The notes under the pieces are model-generated. The model was not told the DNA's origin and made no database searches. It worked only from the letters and a program-made list of their open reading frames with translations. DNA of 64,000 bases, taken from positions 13,635,458 to 13,699,457 of the forward strand of contig NC_069000.1 in assembly GCF_001194135.2 (NCBI RefSeq), read 5' to 3'. The position numbers and the translations under genes are program-made. Positions 11,803-23,760 of the stretch are shown in pieces. This DNA is from Octopus bimaculoides (taxonomy: Eukaryota). The first letter of the stretch is position 1, and every line of letters starts with the position of its first letter.

Positions 11803-13455
11803 CCATATTTGTCTTTCTCTCCCATTTCTTGACAAATAGTGTTGGTTCTTTTATGTCCTGGCAACATAGAGGTTCAGCAAAAGAGACCAATAAAATAAGT
11901 ACCAGATTTTAAGAAAAATAAGTGCCGAGGGCAATTAGCCCAGCTAATAATCCCTTGAAGGCACCAGCATGGCCACAATCCTATGTTTGAAACAAGTGAT
12001 ATAACTAAATTACTGGTTTTAAATGTAATGGCAAAAAGAATCTATCACACAAACATTTCAGACTCGCCCATATTGTTGAACTTCTGTCCATGAATGAAAT
12101 GAGCCATGGCTCAGAAAAGGTGTTAATCTGATATTGCAAGATCTGGATTGTAGGCAGGGTGAGACATCAGGGCGAGCAGAATGACCTCTGTCTCTAATCT
12201 ACAACTGGGAGATGCCACTTGGGGGCTGTTTAAAAGAGTTTGACAATTTGCAATATTTAATAAAATTCAGCAATAAGCAGAGATTGTCAATTCAAGGGTG
12301 ACTACTCTGCTATTTTAAAATTCAAGACATCAAGTTCGCTTCCGGCTGAAGTGCCATCGATCACCATATCGATTTGTTGCTTGCAATAACTAGAAAATAT
12401 TGATTTCAAATTTTTGTACAAGGCCAGCAGTTTTGCGGGAGGAGTTAAGTCGATTATATCGATCCCAGTGTTCAGCTGGTTCGTATTTTATCGATTCCGA
12501 AAAGATGAAAAACAAAATCGACCTCGGCAGAATTTGAACTCAGAACGTAAAAATGGACGAAATACCGCTAAGCATTTTGTCCGGCCTGCTGATGATTCAG
12601 CCAGCTAGCCGCCTTATAACCGGAAAATATTTATTTAAAATTCTGGCGCAAGGCCAGCAATTTCGTGGGGAGTGGATAAGTTGATTACATTGATCCCCCA
12701 GTACCCAGCTGGTACTTATTTTGTCGACTCTGAAAGGATGAAAGGAAAAGTGGATCTCAGCGGAATTTGAACTGAAGTTGTAAAGACGGACGAAATGACG
12801 CTAGGCATTTTGCGTGGTGTGCTAACGCGAAGTTCTTGTCAACGTTGGCAGCAAGCCTCACCAAGGTGTCTGGTGATACTCGTGAGAGCGTTTGGTTTTC
12901 CCAATGCTTTATCCCCACCATCGTCCGTGATAATGCGACGAGCGTGCTGGCTTGCTTCAGTAGGTTCCGTTAAACGTTGTGGTGTGCTGTGATAAATAAA
13001 TTTAAAAAAAACTTGTGGTGTGCTGTGATTTTTAAAAAATCCCCACAAATGGTTTCAATACAGTTTTAACAGAAAGATTTCGAAGAATTAGATGAAAGTC
13101 CTCCAGTAATTTTCTTTCATGTAAATAAATGTTTATATTAATTGTTTACACCAAGTCATATGTAATGTTATGATGCAGGAGTATCAAATATTTCTATATA
13201 TGTAAGGTAAGACGTCCCACCTATAACGTTAGACACTCAATGGCGGCGGCGGTGGTGGTGGTGACTACAACTACTACGACGACGACGACGACCATGGGGA
13301 AAAGGAGATTTGAGGTGGAAGTGGATTACAACAATAACGATTTTCACATTACCGGCAATTTTATGTAAACTACAAAGGGAAGTAACTACTACAACAGTTG
13401 TGTCCCTTCTGCAATTTTTCATTTATTTTCTTTTTGATAGGTATTTACTATTGGT

Positions 13456-13800
13456 CTCCGAGAGTGTAGCGGGTGCTTTTTAAGTGCCACCGGCACGAGG
13501 GCCAGTCGGGCGGTACTGGCAACAGCCACGCTCAAATGGTGTTTTTTTATGTGCCACCTGCACAGGAGTCAGTCCAATGTTTTGTTCACATGCCACCGGC
13601 ACAAGTGCCAGTAAGGCGAAGCTGGAAACGATCGCGCTCAAATGGTGATTTTTACGTGCCAGTGGCACGGAAGCGAGACTCATCAAATTTGGTTCACTTT
13701 CGATCTCACTTGCCCCAACAGGTCTTCGCAAGCTGAGTTTAGTGTCAAATGAGGGAAGGTTGGCATGGGTGCCAGTCATCGAATTTGGTTCAATTTCGAT
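13456..13800. mobile_element. RTE-tailed repeat family (GTGCCAC/GGCAC internal units), copy 1 of an inverted pair
   Basis: Same family as 14370-14612, 22648-22958, 33700-33850, 36180-36360, 41403-41670, 42729-42995, 47760-47880, 49130-49400, 57990-58270, 58840-58940 and 63045-63400. Complete copies carry ccatgc(t/a)(a/g)gcatgg followed by a (TGA/CAT)n tail. Confidence 0.8.
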
Positions 13801-14944
13801 TTCGATACACACACACACACACACACACANNNNNNNNNNNNNNNNNNNNNNNNNNNNNNNNNNNNNNNNNNNNNNNNNNNNNNNNNNNNNNNNNNNNNNN
13901 NNNNNNNNNNNNNNNNNNNNNNNNNNNNNNNNNNNNNNNNNNNNNNNNNNNNNNNNNNNNNNNNNNNNNNNNNNNNNNNNNNNNNNNNNNNNNNNNNNNN
14001 NNNNNNNNNNNNNNNNNNNNNNNNNNNNNNNNNNNNNNNNNNNNNNNNNNNNNNNNNNNNNNNNNNNNNNNNNNNNNNNNNNNNNNNNNNNNNNNNNNNN
14101 NNNNNNNNNNNNNNNNNNNNNNNNNNNNNNNNNNNNNNNNNNNNNNNNNNNNNNNNNNNNNNNNNNNNNNNNNNNNNNNNNNNNNNNNNNNNNNNNNNNN
14201 NNNNNNNNNNNNNNNNNNNNNNNNNNNNNNNNNNNNNNNNNNNNNNNNNNNNNNNNNNNNNNNNNNNNNNNNNNNNNNNNNNNNNNNNNNNNNNNNNNNN
14301 NNNNNATCTCATTTTCATGTATTTTCTTTTTACTTTTGCACCAAACATACATACATATATATATTTTGAGCGAGATCATTGCCAGTGCCCCTGGACTGGC
14401 TCTTGTGCAGGTGGCACATAAAATACACCATCTTGAGCGTGGCCGTTGCCAGTACCGCCTGACTGGCCTTCGTGCAGGTGACACGTAAAAGCACCCACTA
14501 CACTATCGGAGTGGTTGGCGTTAGGAAGGGCATCCAGCCGTAGAAACTCTGCCAAATCAGATTGGAGCCTGGTGTAGCCATGGACAGCACGAAAAACTGA
14601 CGTTAAATGATGAGGGTGTGGCCTCACCTTTTATATGCAATTGATTTATTACAGCATAAATACTACAAACAAAAACACACACGTTTTATATGTTGTTTTT
14701 GAAAGTAAAGAGGAAACTGAAGCATATACATGGACATGTTGCAACAGCTGCAAGTCACTCATGCATGCAAAGAAAGAATGAATGAAGGAATGAAAGTGTT
14801 ACAAATATTTAGAGGAAGAAGGATGTAATGACAATAGATAAGTGTTCAATAAGTATCAGATATTTATTGAGTGGTAAACTATTATAAATATCAGTTACTG
14901 GTGTAATTGATTCTTGTGTAACAAGTGCTTCATATGATGGCTGA

Positions 14945-15232
14945 ATTAATCTGTTAAGAAACACAACTCAAGATGAATTGAAACAATTCTCCAACAATCT
15001 TAAACTTTTCCTCAGTTTCGCTGTTGGTGGCTTATTAGGGGCTGCTTTCCTACACTTGTTACCAGAGGCAGGGTCTCATGCCAAGTCATTTGATGACTAT
15101 TTGTGGACAGGAAAATGGGTCCTAACAGGTCTGCTTCTGTTCCTTTTCATTGAAAACATTATGAGTGGTGAGTCCCAATTTAAGGAATTGGAAGAAATTG
15201 AAGAAAAAACACGGGCTGCCCAGTTAGATTGA
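14945..15232 (+). pseudogene. ZIP (SLC39, LIV-1 subfamily; ZIP13/ZIP7-Catsup-like) zinc transporter fragment inside a cytochrome b5 intron
   Basis: Open frame NNLKLFLSFAVGGLLGAAFLHLLPEAGSHAKSFDDYLWTGKWVLTGLLLFLFIENI matches the LSFA.GGLLG..FLHLLPEA...G.WV..G...F..EK region (TM2-TM3). It is bounded by TGA on both sides, conserved positions look substituted (D/N-V to A-A, W to G, EK to EN), and no later ZIP segments (GYLNL, HEIPHE) were seen. Confidence 0.8.
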
Positions 15233-16046
15233 ACTCAAGGCAACATGATAGTAAAGCGAGGTACATAACTTCATGATTATTTATGTATGTATGTATGTAT
15301 GTATGTATTATTTCAGAATCTGTGTTGCTATGACATTAACATCAATCTGTAATAATAAAAGTGAAATTCTGTCTGTCCATCTGGGACCCCTGTATCTCAG
15401 TCTACATTTGCTCTACATAGACATATTATACCTTTTTGGAAACAGGATGATCCCAGGATTGAAAATCTGCCCTGAATTTGGTTCTTGAACATCCAGCATT
15501 GGGACCTGTTTAAAAGCATTTGGGCTGCTATTTCTAGCAAGTAAAGCTTGGCTGATTTATACCATCTTGGTTGGCATTTGTCAGATGACATCAGAGATCA
15601 AGGAGGAGATAAATGACATTCACTTCATTAATTTTACATTGAGATAAGAACTTAGGGATAAATTGGCCAACAGTTGGAGTTCAACTTGGGACTGGAATAC
15701 TAGAATGGTTCCTTTACAGTATTAATTCTCATCCGTCCTTAACCCCTGATCAAACACCACCGGGCATACAGTCATTATAGCTCTCTTCAGTTTTGATCTG
15801 CAAGCCCAATTAGGCCTCCACAGGAGCTAACTTAAAAGTCAGCACAGAGTGTGGCTTTTAAGCGAGTAACTAATAAAAGCTTCAAAGCAATACAAAACAA
15901 AATCTATTGTGCAACAAAAGCTCTTTAAATGAAACACTAATTTCAGACGTTAGAAATGTTTTTCTTCACAGTTTACAAACATATAGTTTGCAAGTGAAAC
16001 AAATATTTTATAATTTTCATTTTAATTTTTTTTTTAATCATTTTAG

Positions 16047-16175
16047 CATCCTGGTGGAGAAGATATCCTCTTAGAACATGCAGGAAGAGATGCCACACAT
16101 ACGTTTGAGGACACAGGGCATTCAAACGCAGCTTCCAACATTCTACCTCAGTACTACATAGGAGAATTAAGACAG
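16047..16175 (+). CDS. Cytochrome b5-family heme-binding protein, exon with both heme-ligand histidines
   Basis: Acceptor tttttaatcattttag|, donor CAG|GTATAT, 129 bp, phase 0/0. Encodes HPGGEDILLEHAGRDATHTFEDTGHSNAASNILPQYYIGELRQ (HPGG and GHS motifs, IGEL). Confidence 0.95.
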
Positions 16176-16766
16176 GTATATTACCTACTTTCAATTATGA
16201 TAATAACTGTTAAATTTTATAACCAATTATTCAAGGAAACTCACAAATACCAAATGTAATCTGTTGAAATAGAATCTATCTTCCTATCAAGTTTCAGTTG
16301 AAGTTACATTAATAGTTTCACTGGTGATATTTTGACATATTATAAGGTGGCAAGCACCACCTCAGTGATACTCCTTATATCAGCAATATAGGGGACATCA
16401 TTTAGGTGATGTACAAACATGAACGAAAACAACTAGAGAAATAGCATGAAATTTAAAGTCTTTAAGACTTTGAACATGCTGAAACTATGCTGAGTTCAAT
16501 CTCCGTGGCTGATGAGAGGATTTTCTTTTTATTTGTCCTTTTCTAATAATCATTTGCACACACACACACACAATGAAAAAAACAGAAGTAGATTTTTTAC
16601 AATTGTCAATTATTTGGTATTAACATGTGCTGGATAAGTATTTACTTAACTCTTAAATATTTATTTAACTGAAAATAAACAGTTTACTTTAATGTATCCT
16701 TTAGTGACCTATAATTCTATTCAGTTTATTTTGATGTCTGAAATTCTCTTTCATCTTTCTTTTCAG

Positions 16767-16793
16767 ATTGACAAAATTGATAAAAAAAAATGA
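16767..16793 (+). CDS. Cytochrome b5 probable terminal coding exon (IDKIDKKK-stop)
   Basis: Strong acceptor ctctttcatctttcttttcag| 591 bp after the previous donor. Phase 0 reads ATT GAC AAA ATT GAT AAA AAA AAA TGA, and AATAAA follows at 16948. Confidence 0.7.
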   Translation: MDKIDKKK

Positions 16794-19700
16794 AAATGGA
16801 CCTTTGTTATTGTATATAGATCATCTCACTTCAACCTTCTCAGTTACAAAAACGCATTTAAAAACCATCTTCATTCATTGCACATCTTTATTTCAAGACA
16901 TTCTGCAGTTCATTATTTTTATCAAATTGAAAAAAAAAACATTCCGAAATAAAACATCTTTCATGCATAAATATGGATTGTATTTGGTAATCTGTTGTAT
17001 TTTGTTCCACAAATTATTTTGCATGTATTTTAACCCTTTAGCATTTAAACCAACCATATTCAGCCAAAATATTTTACCTGCTTTATTTTCAAACCAGCTA
17101 GATATGGCCTCCAAAGATCTTCTCTACAATTTCATTTTAAAAATAAACAATCACATCATCAAAATCTCAAAACTAATTAGGGTTAGGGTTAGTGATTTGG
17201 GTGTTCAACTCTCGATCATGAACACCCAAACCACTAACCCTCATGCCTTCACTATTAAAAGATGTAAGAATTGCATAAACCATAACTAGAAACTGAACCC
17301 GTGACCTTATGGTTGTCAGCTGAATAACCTAACCAGTAAGCCACATATTTACTCTTGATGTAAGAACTTACAGTAAACTCACTCAGACTTAGCTGCTGCT
17401 TTTGTCATGTCTTTGCTTTTGTATACATCACTGGAAGAGTCCAGTTGAAATATTACTAATCATGTCATATTCCATAGTAATTCATGTTGGTGCTGCTATT
17501 TGTTAGTGTTACAGCCACCAAGAGAATATCTGCTCACCAAGTCAATTGAGTTACTAGCCATACTACCCATTGATGAATCAATGATATGCGTCCTATTACC
17601 AGAATACATTCTGCTCTTGGTAGCTACATATAATAGAAGTAATAGCCAGTCTAGTTAGCTTTATGTAGGTAACTTTCAATGGCATAAATAGAAAGATGTT
17701 TCATTGGTTTTACAGCACTGTGATTACTGTCTCTTATAAAACTGAAGAAGACAATATGTGAACCATTTTAATGCATAGATTCTTCAGCTTGTAAGACCAG
17801 TGAAGCCATTGTTTGCAAATTAACATAAATATTCATTTATGCTTTCAAAGACCTATGTTTGCTTGTATCAATTTAGATACAAAACCTACAATGTTGTTCA
17901 TTTATGGAAGTAGTTCTCAGCCATTTGTAACTTAACTCCTCCTGATACCAAATGGCATTTTACAAATGCCACCAAAAACCAGATTATTATAATCAAACTG
18001 AAGCTAATTTGCTATTTTTTATTACTTTCCAGTTCCACCCAATTACACTGTCTAACAGGATTTTTGTCCTTGGGTAGCGACTGTTATTTCCTATTTGTTT
18101 ACTCCTAGAAAGTATGCAAAATGGCTAATATTTCCTTCAAACTTTGCTTTTGTTACATTTATTCAAACCCCAAAGAATCCCTCTCAACGCATAGCTATGA
18201 TGCTCCCCCACTACTCCTGCTCATGATCAGAGATGCACATATTGTCAGCCACTAAGGGACATGTTCAAGTGGCTAAGGTCAAACAACTGACAAGCAAATC
18301 TGTGCTATTGAGCAGAATATTTGCTATAATGATATTTCTGCTTCAGCAACTCAGCACCGGATCTGTTTGAAATGTAATGAAATATCGGTCAGTTTCAAAA
18401 CATTGATATCCAGGTCACAAAAGCAAAGTTTGAAGGGAATAGTAGTAATTAAATTTCCTTTCATTTATAGACAGAAGCAAATAACACTTACTGACCAAAG
18501 ACACAAAAAAAAAACCCTAGTGTTATTCCTGACTTCTCTTATCAAATGTGATTTGTCAAGTAGCCCTCTACAACAAGAAACCTGCCCAGCTTCATTCCTT
18601 TTCTCTCATATTTTACTCCTCTCTACTCCTCATTTTCCGAGCTGTACCCCACCTCCTCAGGGCCTAGTCTTGCAAGCTGCATAGTGACCTTAGTACTGGT
18701 GGCACAGAAAAATGGCACATTATGTAAGTTGGTTAACATTAGGAAGGGCACCCAGCCACAGAAACCACACCAAAGCAGACATTAGAGCATGATGCAGCCC
18801 TTGGGCCTATCAGATCCTGTCAAGCCATCTAACCAGCATGGAACAAGGACATGGAATGACAATGTTGATGATGATGATGATGTTGCGTCTCTTTATGTTC
18901 TGAGTTCAAATTTTGCCAGGATCAATTTTTTTGCGTTTCATCCTCTCAGGGTCAATAAAATAAGTACCAGCCAAGTACTAGACTCCATCTAATCATCAAT
19001 ATCCACCACCACCACCACCATCATCATCATAAAATTTGTCACCTCATGCCTATGTTGAAAATCATTATTTTCTTTTACTCTCAAAACAACCATATTGCTA
19101 CCACTGCTATTACAGCCAAGACTATCGCCATAACTGTTGCTGCAGCTATGACCACAACCACCCGTCACTACCATTGCCACAACAACAATCACTACTACTA
19201 CTACTAGTAGTAGTAGTAGTAGTTTTCTCCATTTTACCACAGCTGAAGTATAGATAAGTAGCAGAAGATAATTCTAGAAAGCTCAAGTATAAACATGTTC
19301 ACTGCTGTATAATTAGGTCATAATATTATTGATCAATATTGATCAGACAATGTTCTATAGAATATTGATCAAGTAAGGAACAAAGACTAAACAGCCTTTT
19401 TTTTTTTTTCAGGAATGTAGTCATGATAGAAAATAAATGAAATTTAGACTTAAATTCAGAAATTAGTAATAAGCTTTAAGAATTATGAAAGTTTAATTTT
19501 GAGTAACTGGGCAAATTTTTTCCAAAAGAACAATTGCATATAGGCCCTTTTGTAAGGAAAATGGGGAAATAAATGCAAATTATCCTGAGCATATCACTAA
19601 TATTGATTTCAAATTTTGGCAGAAAATCAGCAATTTCAGAGAAGGGGATAAGTCAATTACATCAGGCCCCAGTGTTCAATTGGTATTTATTTCATGGACC

Positions 19701-22601
19701 TCAAAAAAGATAAAATGTAATGTCGACCTCGGTGGAATTTGAACTCAGAACATGGAGACAGATGAATTGTTGATGAGCATTTTGTCCATCGCAGTAATGA
19801 TTCTGCTGGTTAGCCACCTTAGTGTAACACTAATATCAAATTTTAAACAGTCTGGAGAAATAACAATTAAAATCAACTGTAATTGGATTTAAAATGCCTA
19901 AATGAGACATAACACTTCTACAAATAATCAATCAGATTTCTTCTGTCATCTCACGCACATGAGAAAATGCTGATCTATTCGCTGTAATCTGTTATTATCA
20001 ATGTTTGCATGTGAACCATTGTCTTGACATTGTGTGATGAATGTAAATGAGCATCAGTGTCATACAAGCAATGTTGTTTGTTTCCAGTCTTCCATGGAAA
20101 AATATTACTTTACTTCAGGAAGAGCTGAGGGTTGGCAAGAGGAAGGGCATCAGGCCATTGAAAATCTGCCTCAGTGAATTACATCTGACCCATGCAAGTG
20201 AGGAAAAGTGGATCTTAAACTATATATATATATATATATATAAAAACAAATAGTAAATGAGTATATGCATATATACGTACAGGTATGTGCATACCGACAT
20301 CCACCTGTATGTATAGGTGCATATCTGGGTACAGGACATTGCAAACAAAACGTAGACGAGAAAACACACAAGCCACATAGAGAACATTCTACTTCATCAG
20401 CTACCCACGTTTTAACACCGGCGTTTCGAAGAGTATATATATATATATATATATATATATNNNNNNNNNNNNNNNNNNNNNNNNNNNNNNNNNNNNNNNN
20501 NNNNNNNNNNNNNNNNNNNNNNNNNNNNNNNNNNNNNNNNNNNNNNNNNNNNNNNNNNNNNNNNNNNNNNNNNNNNNNNNNNNNNNNNNNNNNNNNNNNN
20601 NNNNNNNNNNNNNNNNNNNNNNNNNNNNNNNNNNNNNNNNNNNNNNNNNNNNNNNNNNNNNNNNNNNNNNNNNNNNNNNNNNNNNNNNNNNNNNNNNNNN
20701 NNNNNNNNNNNNNNNNNNNNNNNNNNNNNNNNNNNNNNNNNNNNNNNNNNNNNNNNNNNNNNNNNNNNNNNNNNNNNNNNNNNNNNNNNNNNNNNNNNNN
20801 NNNNNNNNNNNNNNNNNNNNNNNNNNNNNNNNNNNNNNNNNNNNNNNNNNNNNNNNNNNNNNNNNNNNNNNNNNNNNNNNNNNNNNNNNNNNNNNNNNNN
20901 NNNNNNNNNNNNNNNNNNNNNNNNNNNNNNNNNNNNNNNNNNNNNNNNNNNNNNNNNNNNNNNNNNNNNNNNNNNNNNNNNNNNNNNNNNNNNNNNNNNN
21001 NNNNNNNNNNNNNNNNNNNNNNNNNNNNNNNNNNNNNNNNNNNNNNNNNNNNNNNNNNNNNNNNNNNNNNNNNNNNNNNNNNNNNNNNNNNNNNNNNNNN
21101 NNNNNNNNNNNNNNNNNNNNNNNNNNNNNNNNNNNNNNNNNNNNNNNNNNNNNNNNNNNNNNNNNNNNNNNNNNNNNNNNNNNNNNNNNNNNNNNNNNNN
21201 NNNNNNNNNNNNNNNNNNNNNNNNNNNNNNNGGGGGGGGGTGTAATACAGACAGACAGATATGTGCGTGTAGATCAGTGCTCCACAACCTTTTCTCACTT
21301 GTGGTATACTTATGTATTCTTTTCAAAATTCAGCAGCACACCTGAACTAAAAATATGATATCCAGGTTCCACTGTGGCACACCTAGCATCGTTTCATGGC
21401 ACACCAGTGTGCTGAAGCATGCTTGTTGCAGTGCACTGGTATAGATGGACAGACATGTGTTTCTATTTCGCCATATTTTCTCTCCTTTCTTTCAGAAGAA
21501 GAGTGAAGACTCGAAGCATAAAAAAACCATTGCTTCCCTTTTTCCTTATTTCCTGAGCATTAGCAAAATACACTTTGGTTTTCTTTTTTTTTTTTTACTT
21601 CATCTTTATGTTATACTAGCAATGCACCCCACCGTTGCCCAGGTGTTATGACCTACAGCCACTTTGTATTATTTGTTCCTTTCTTATGGGCAGAATCAAC
21701 ACATGAAGAGTATGAAGCAAACAACTCTTCTTTATAAACATGTTTTTTGGTCATTTTCTGATGAACAACGCTGCAGTTTCCATTTATCAAATTCAGTGAC
21801 AAGTCTGTGGTTGGCCTAGGGCTATAGTAGAAAACACTTGCCCAAGGACTGAATGTGGAACCATGTATGCATATATATATATGTATGGATATATACAGAG
21901 ACAGACAGACAGACAGACAAAGACAGAGAGTGATGCATGCATGCAAGCACACACACACACACACAATGGGGCTTTTCAATTTCTGTCCATCAATTTCATT
22001 CATAAGATATAAATCAAGCATTGGCATTGGTGGAGGACACCAACCTATAGTATCCATGCAGTGGGACTGAACCCTTCCTAACTGCACAGGAATGCCTGTA
22101 ACCATAAACCTACGACCCTGACACGGTATGAACACACATACAGTGAGACAGAAACAGATCAACATTAATCAGATGTTAGAACATATTTTTAACAAGACAT
22201 AAAGCAACATTAGTCACAGGGAGTTCATGGTTTGAAAAAATTGCTAGCAAAACATTAATTAATTTTATAATGCTCCAGCTAATTAAAACAATGAAATCTA
22301 CATCCCATAGCACTTAATTGCCATTTTATTGGCTGGGTAATTGATTTTCATCAAAGATGTTGAAAACAGCTATATTTCTAAATTGATGTGTTCATACAGG
22401 TTAAATTAGCTAATAAGCCATAAATTTAAACCCTTAAATATTACCAAAGTGTAGTAGGGAGTCAATATTCTCATCTCCATTTTAAATCAAAATGTACATC
22501 TGACATTCATGTAAATTTCCAAACTTCCAAATTAACCCTCTTCGTAACAATCTGCTTAAGACTGCCCTAAGTCTACCTATGATTCATATCTTATTTTTTA
22601 A

Positions 22602-23140
22602 CCCTTTAGCATTCATATCATTCTGTCAAAAGTAATGCTAATTTATTCATCATCATCATCATGGTTTAACGTCCACTTTCCATGCTGGCATGGGTTGGAC
22701 GATTTGACTGAGGACTGGTGAAACCAGATGGCTACACCAGGCTCCAATCTGATTTGGCAGAGTTTCTACAGCTGGATGCCCTTCCTAATGCCAACCACTC
22801 CAAGAGTGTAGTGGGTACTTTATGTGCCACCGGCACGAAGGCCAGTCAGGCAATACTGGCAACGGCCATGCTCAAAATGGTGTATTTTACGTGCCACCTG
22901 CACAGGAGCCAGTCCAGCGGCACTGGCAACAATCTCGCTCGGCACAGGTGCCATCACGATTTCGCTTTCATATTGTTTTGAATTAATCATGCATTATCTC
23001 ATAGATTTGAGATTTTGATGAGGTTACTGTTAATTTTTAGAATGACATTACAAGGTTAGTGTGCGAGGCCAAATCTGGCCACTGTTCATAAAACAGGTAG
23101 AATATTTTGGCTGAATATGGCCAGTTTAAATGCTAAAGGG
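22602..23140. mobile_element. piggyBac-like MITE with a nested RTE-tailed repeat (22648-22958)
   Basis: TTAA|CCCTTTAGCATT at the left end and AATGCTAAAGGG|TTAT at the right end. Partial copies at about 17034-17175, 32097-32290, 48150-48357 and 63420-63733. Confidence 0.75.
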
Positions 23141-23701
23141 TTATAGTGATCTAAAATTACAACCTTCTATCAAAATTTCAAGTTAGGTTATTTTACAAAA
23201 GTCTTCATTATTTTGAAATATTTTACAGAAATTGTCATTATATTCAAATTTAACAGAAACACTTAGCATACTCTGTAGAATGGTTGGTGTTAGGAATGGC
23301 ATCCAGCTGTAGAAACAATGTCACAACAGATAATTTAGTGTCTGGACAGCTCTCCAGTTGGCCATTTCCTGTCAAACCGTCCAACCCATGCCAGCATGGA
23401 AAATGGACATTAAATGAAGATGGTGATGATTTCAACAGAAGTATGGTAACTAAAGGCTTGAAGTGATCTAAATTAAAAACCTTCCATAAAAATTTCAAGT
23501 CAATTTAGGTTTCAAAACCCAGCTTAATGGCAAAAGGGTCCAGATGGACTATATGTAATCTGAACCTTTCCCCCCTTATTTATTTTTTTTTTTTTACGGA
23601 ATCCCACGTTTTAGGCTATGGAGATTCCGATTCTGAAAAAAAAAAATTTTCAAAATTCTCAAATTCAAAATTTCGATTCCCCCCACCCCATTTCCATAGG
23701 T

Positions 23702-23760
23702 TTTGAGTTAGGGTTAGGGTAAACCTAACCCTAACCCTAACCCTGACCGTAACCCTAACC
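23702..23760. repeat. Short interstitial telomere-like hexamers in head-to-head arrangement
   Basis: gttagggttagggtaaa followed by cctaaccctaaccctaaccctgaccgtaaccctaacc. Confidence 0.8.

Noticed and set aside
10508-11912. ORFs rich in HT/CV/YI/poly-amino-acid runs here and at 18989-19257, 27749-28202 and 35969-36217
   Set aside because: Translations of microsatellites, with no protein-like content.
12860-13200. Possible Tc1 remnant (QCFIPTIVRDNATSVLACFS) with a duplicated ttgtggtgtgctgtgat
   Set aside because: Resemblance to PTVKHGGGSVMVWGCFS is marginal and paired TIRs were not found.
16768-17289. 173-aa plus-strand ORF
   Set aside because: Begins at a TTG one base into the b5 terminal exon in another frame, is low-complexity and AT-rich, and runs through a MITE; better explained as 3' UTR.
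18010-18080. Acceptor-like ttttttattactttccag as another b5 last exon
   Set aside because: Phase 0 gives only FHPITLSNRIFVLG-stop and the region runs into repeat-like sequence. It mainly shows how common such acceptors are.
20380-20440. Minus-strand CGAAAC...CTGATGA as a type II hammerhead ribozyme
   Set aside because: Stem I cannot form and the first stem II pair is a mismatch; it abuts a gap.
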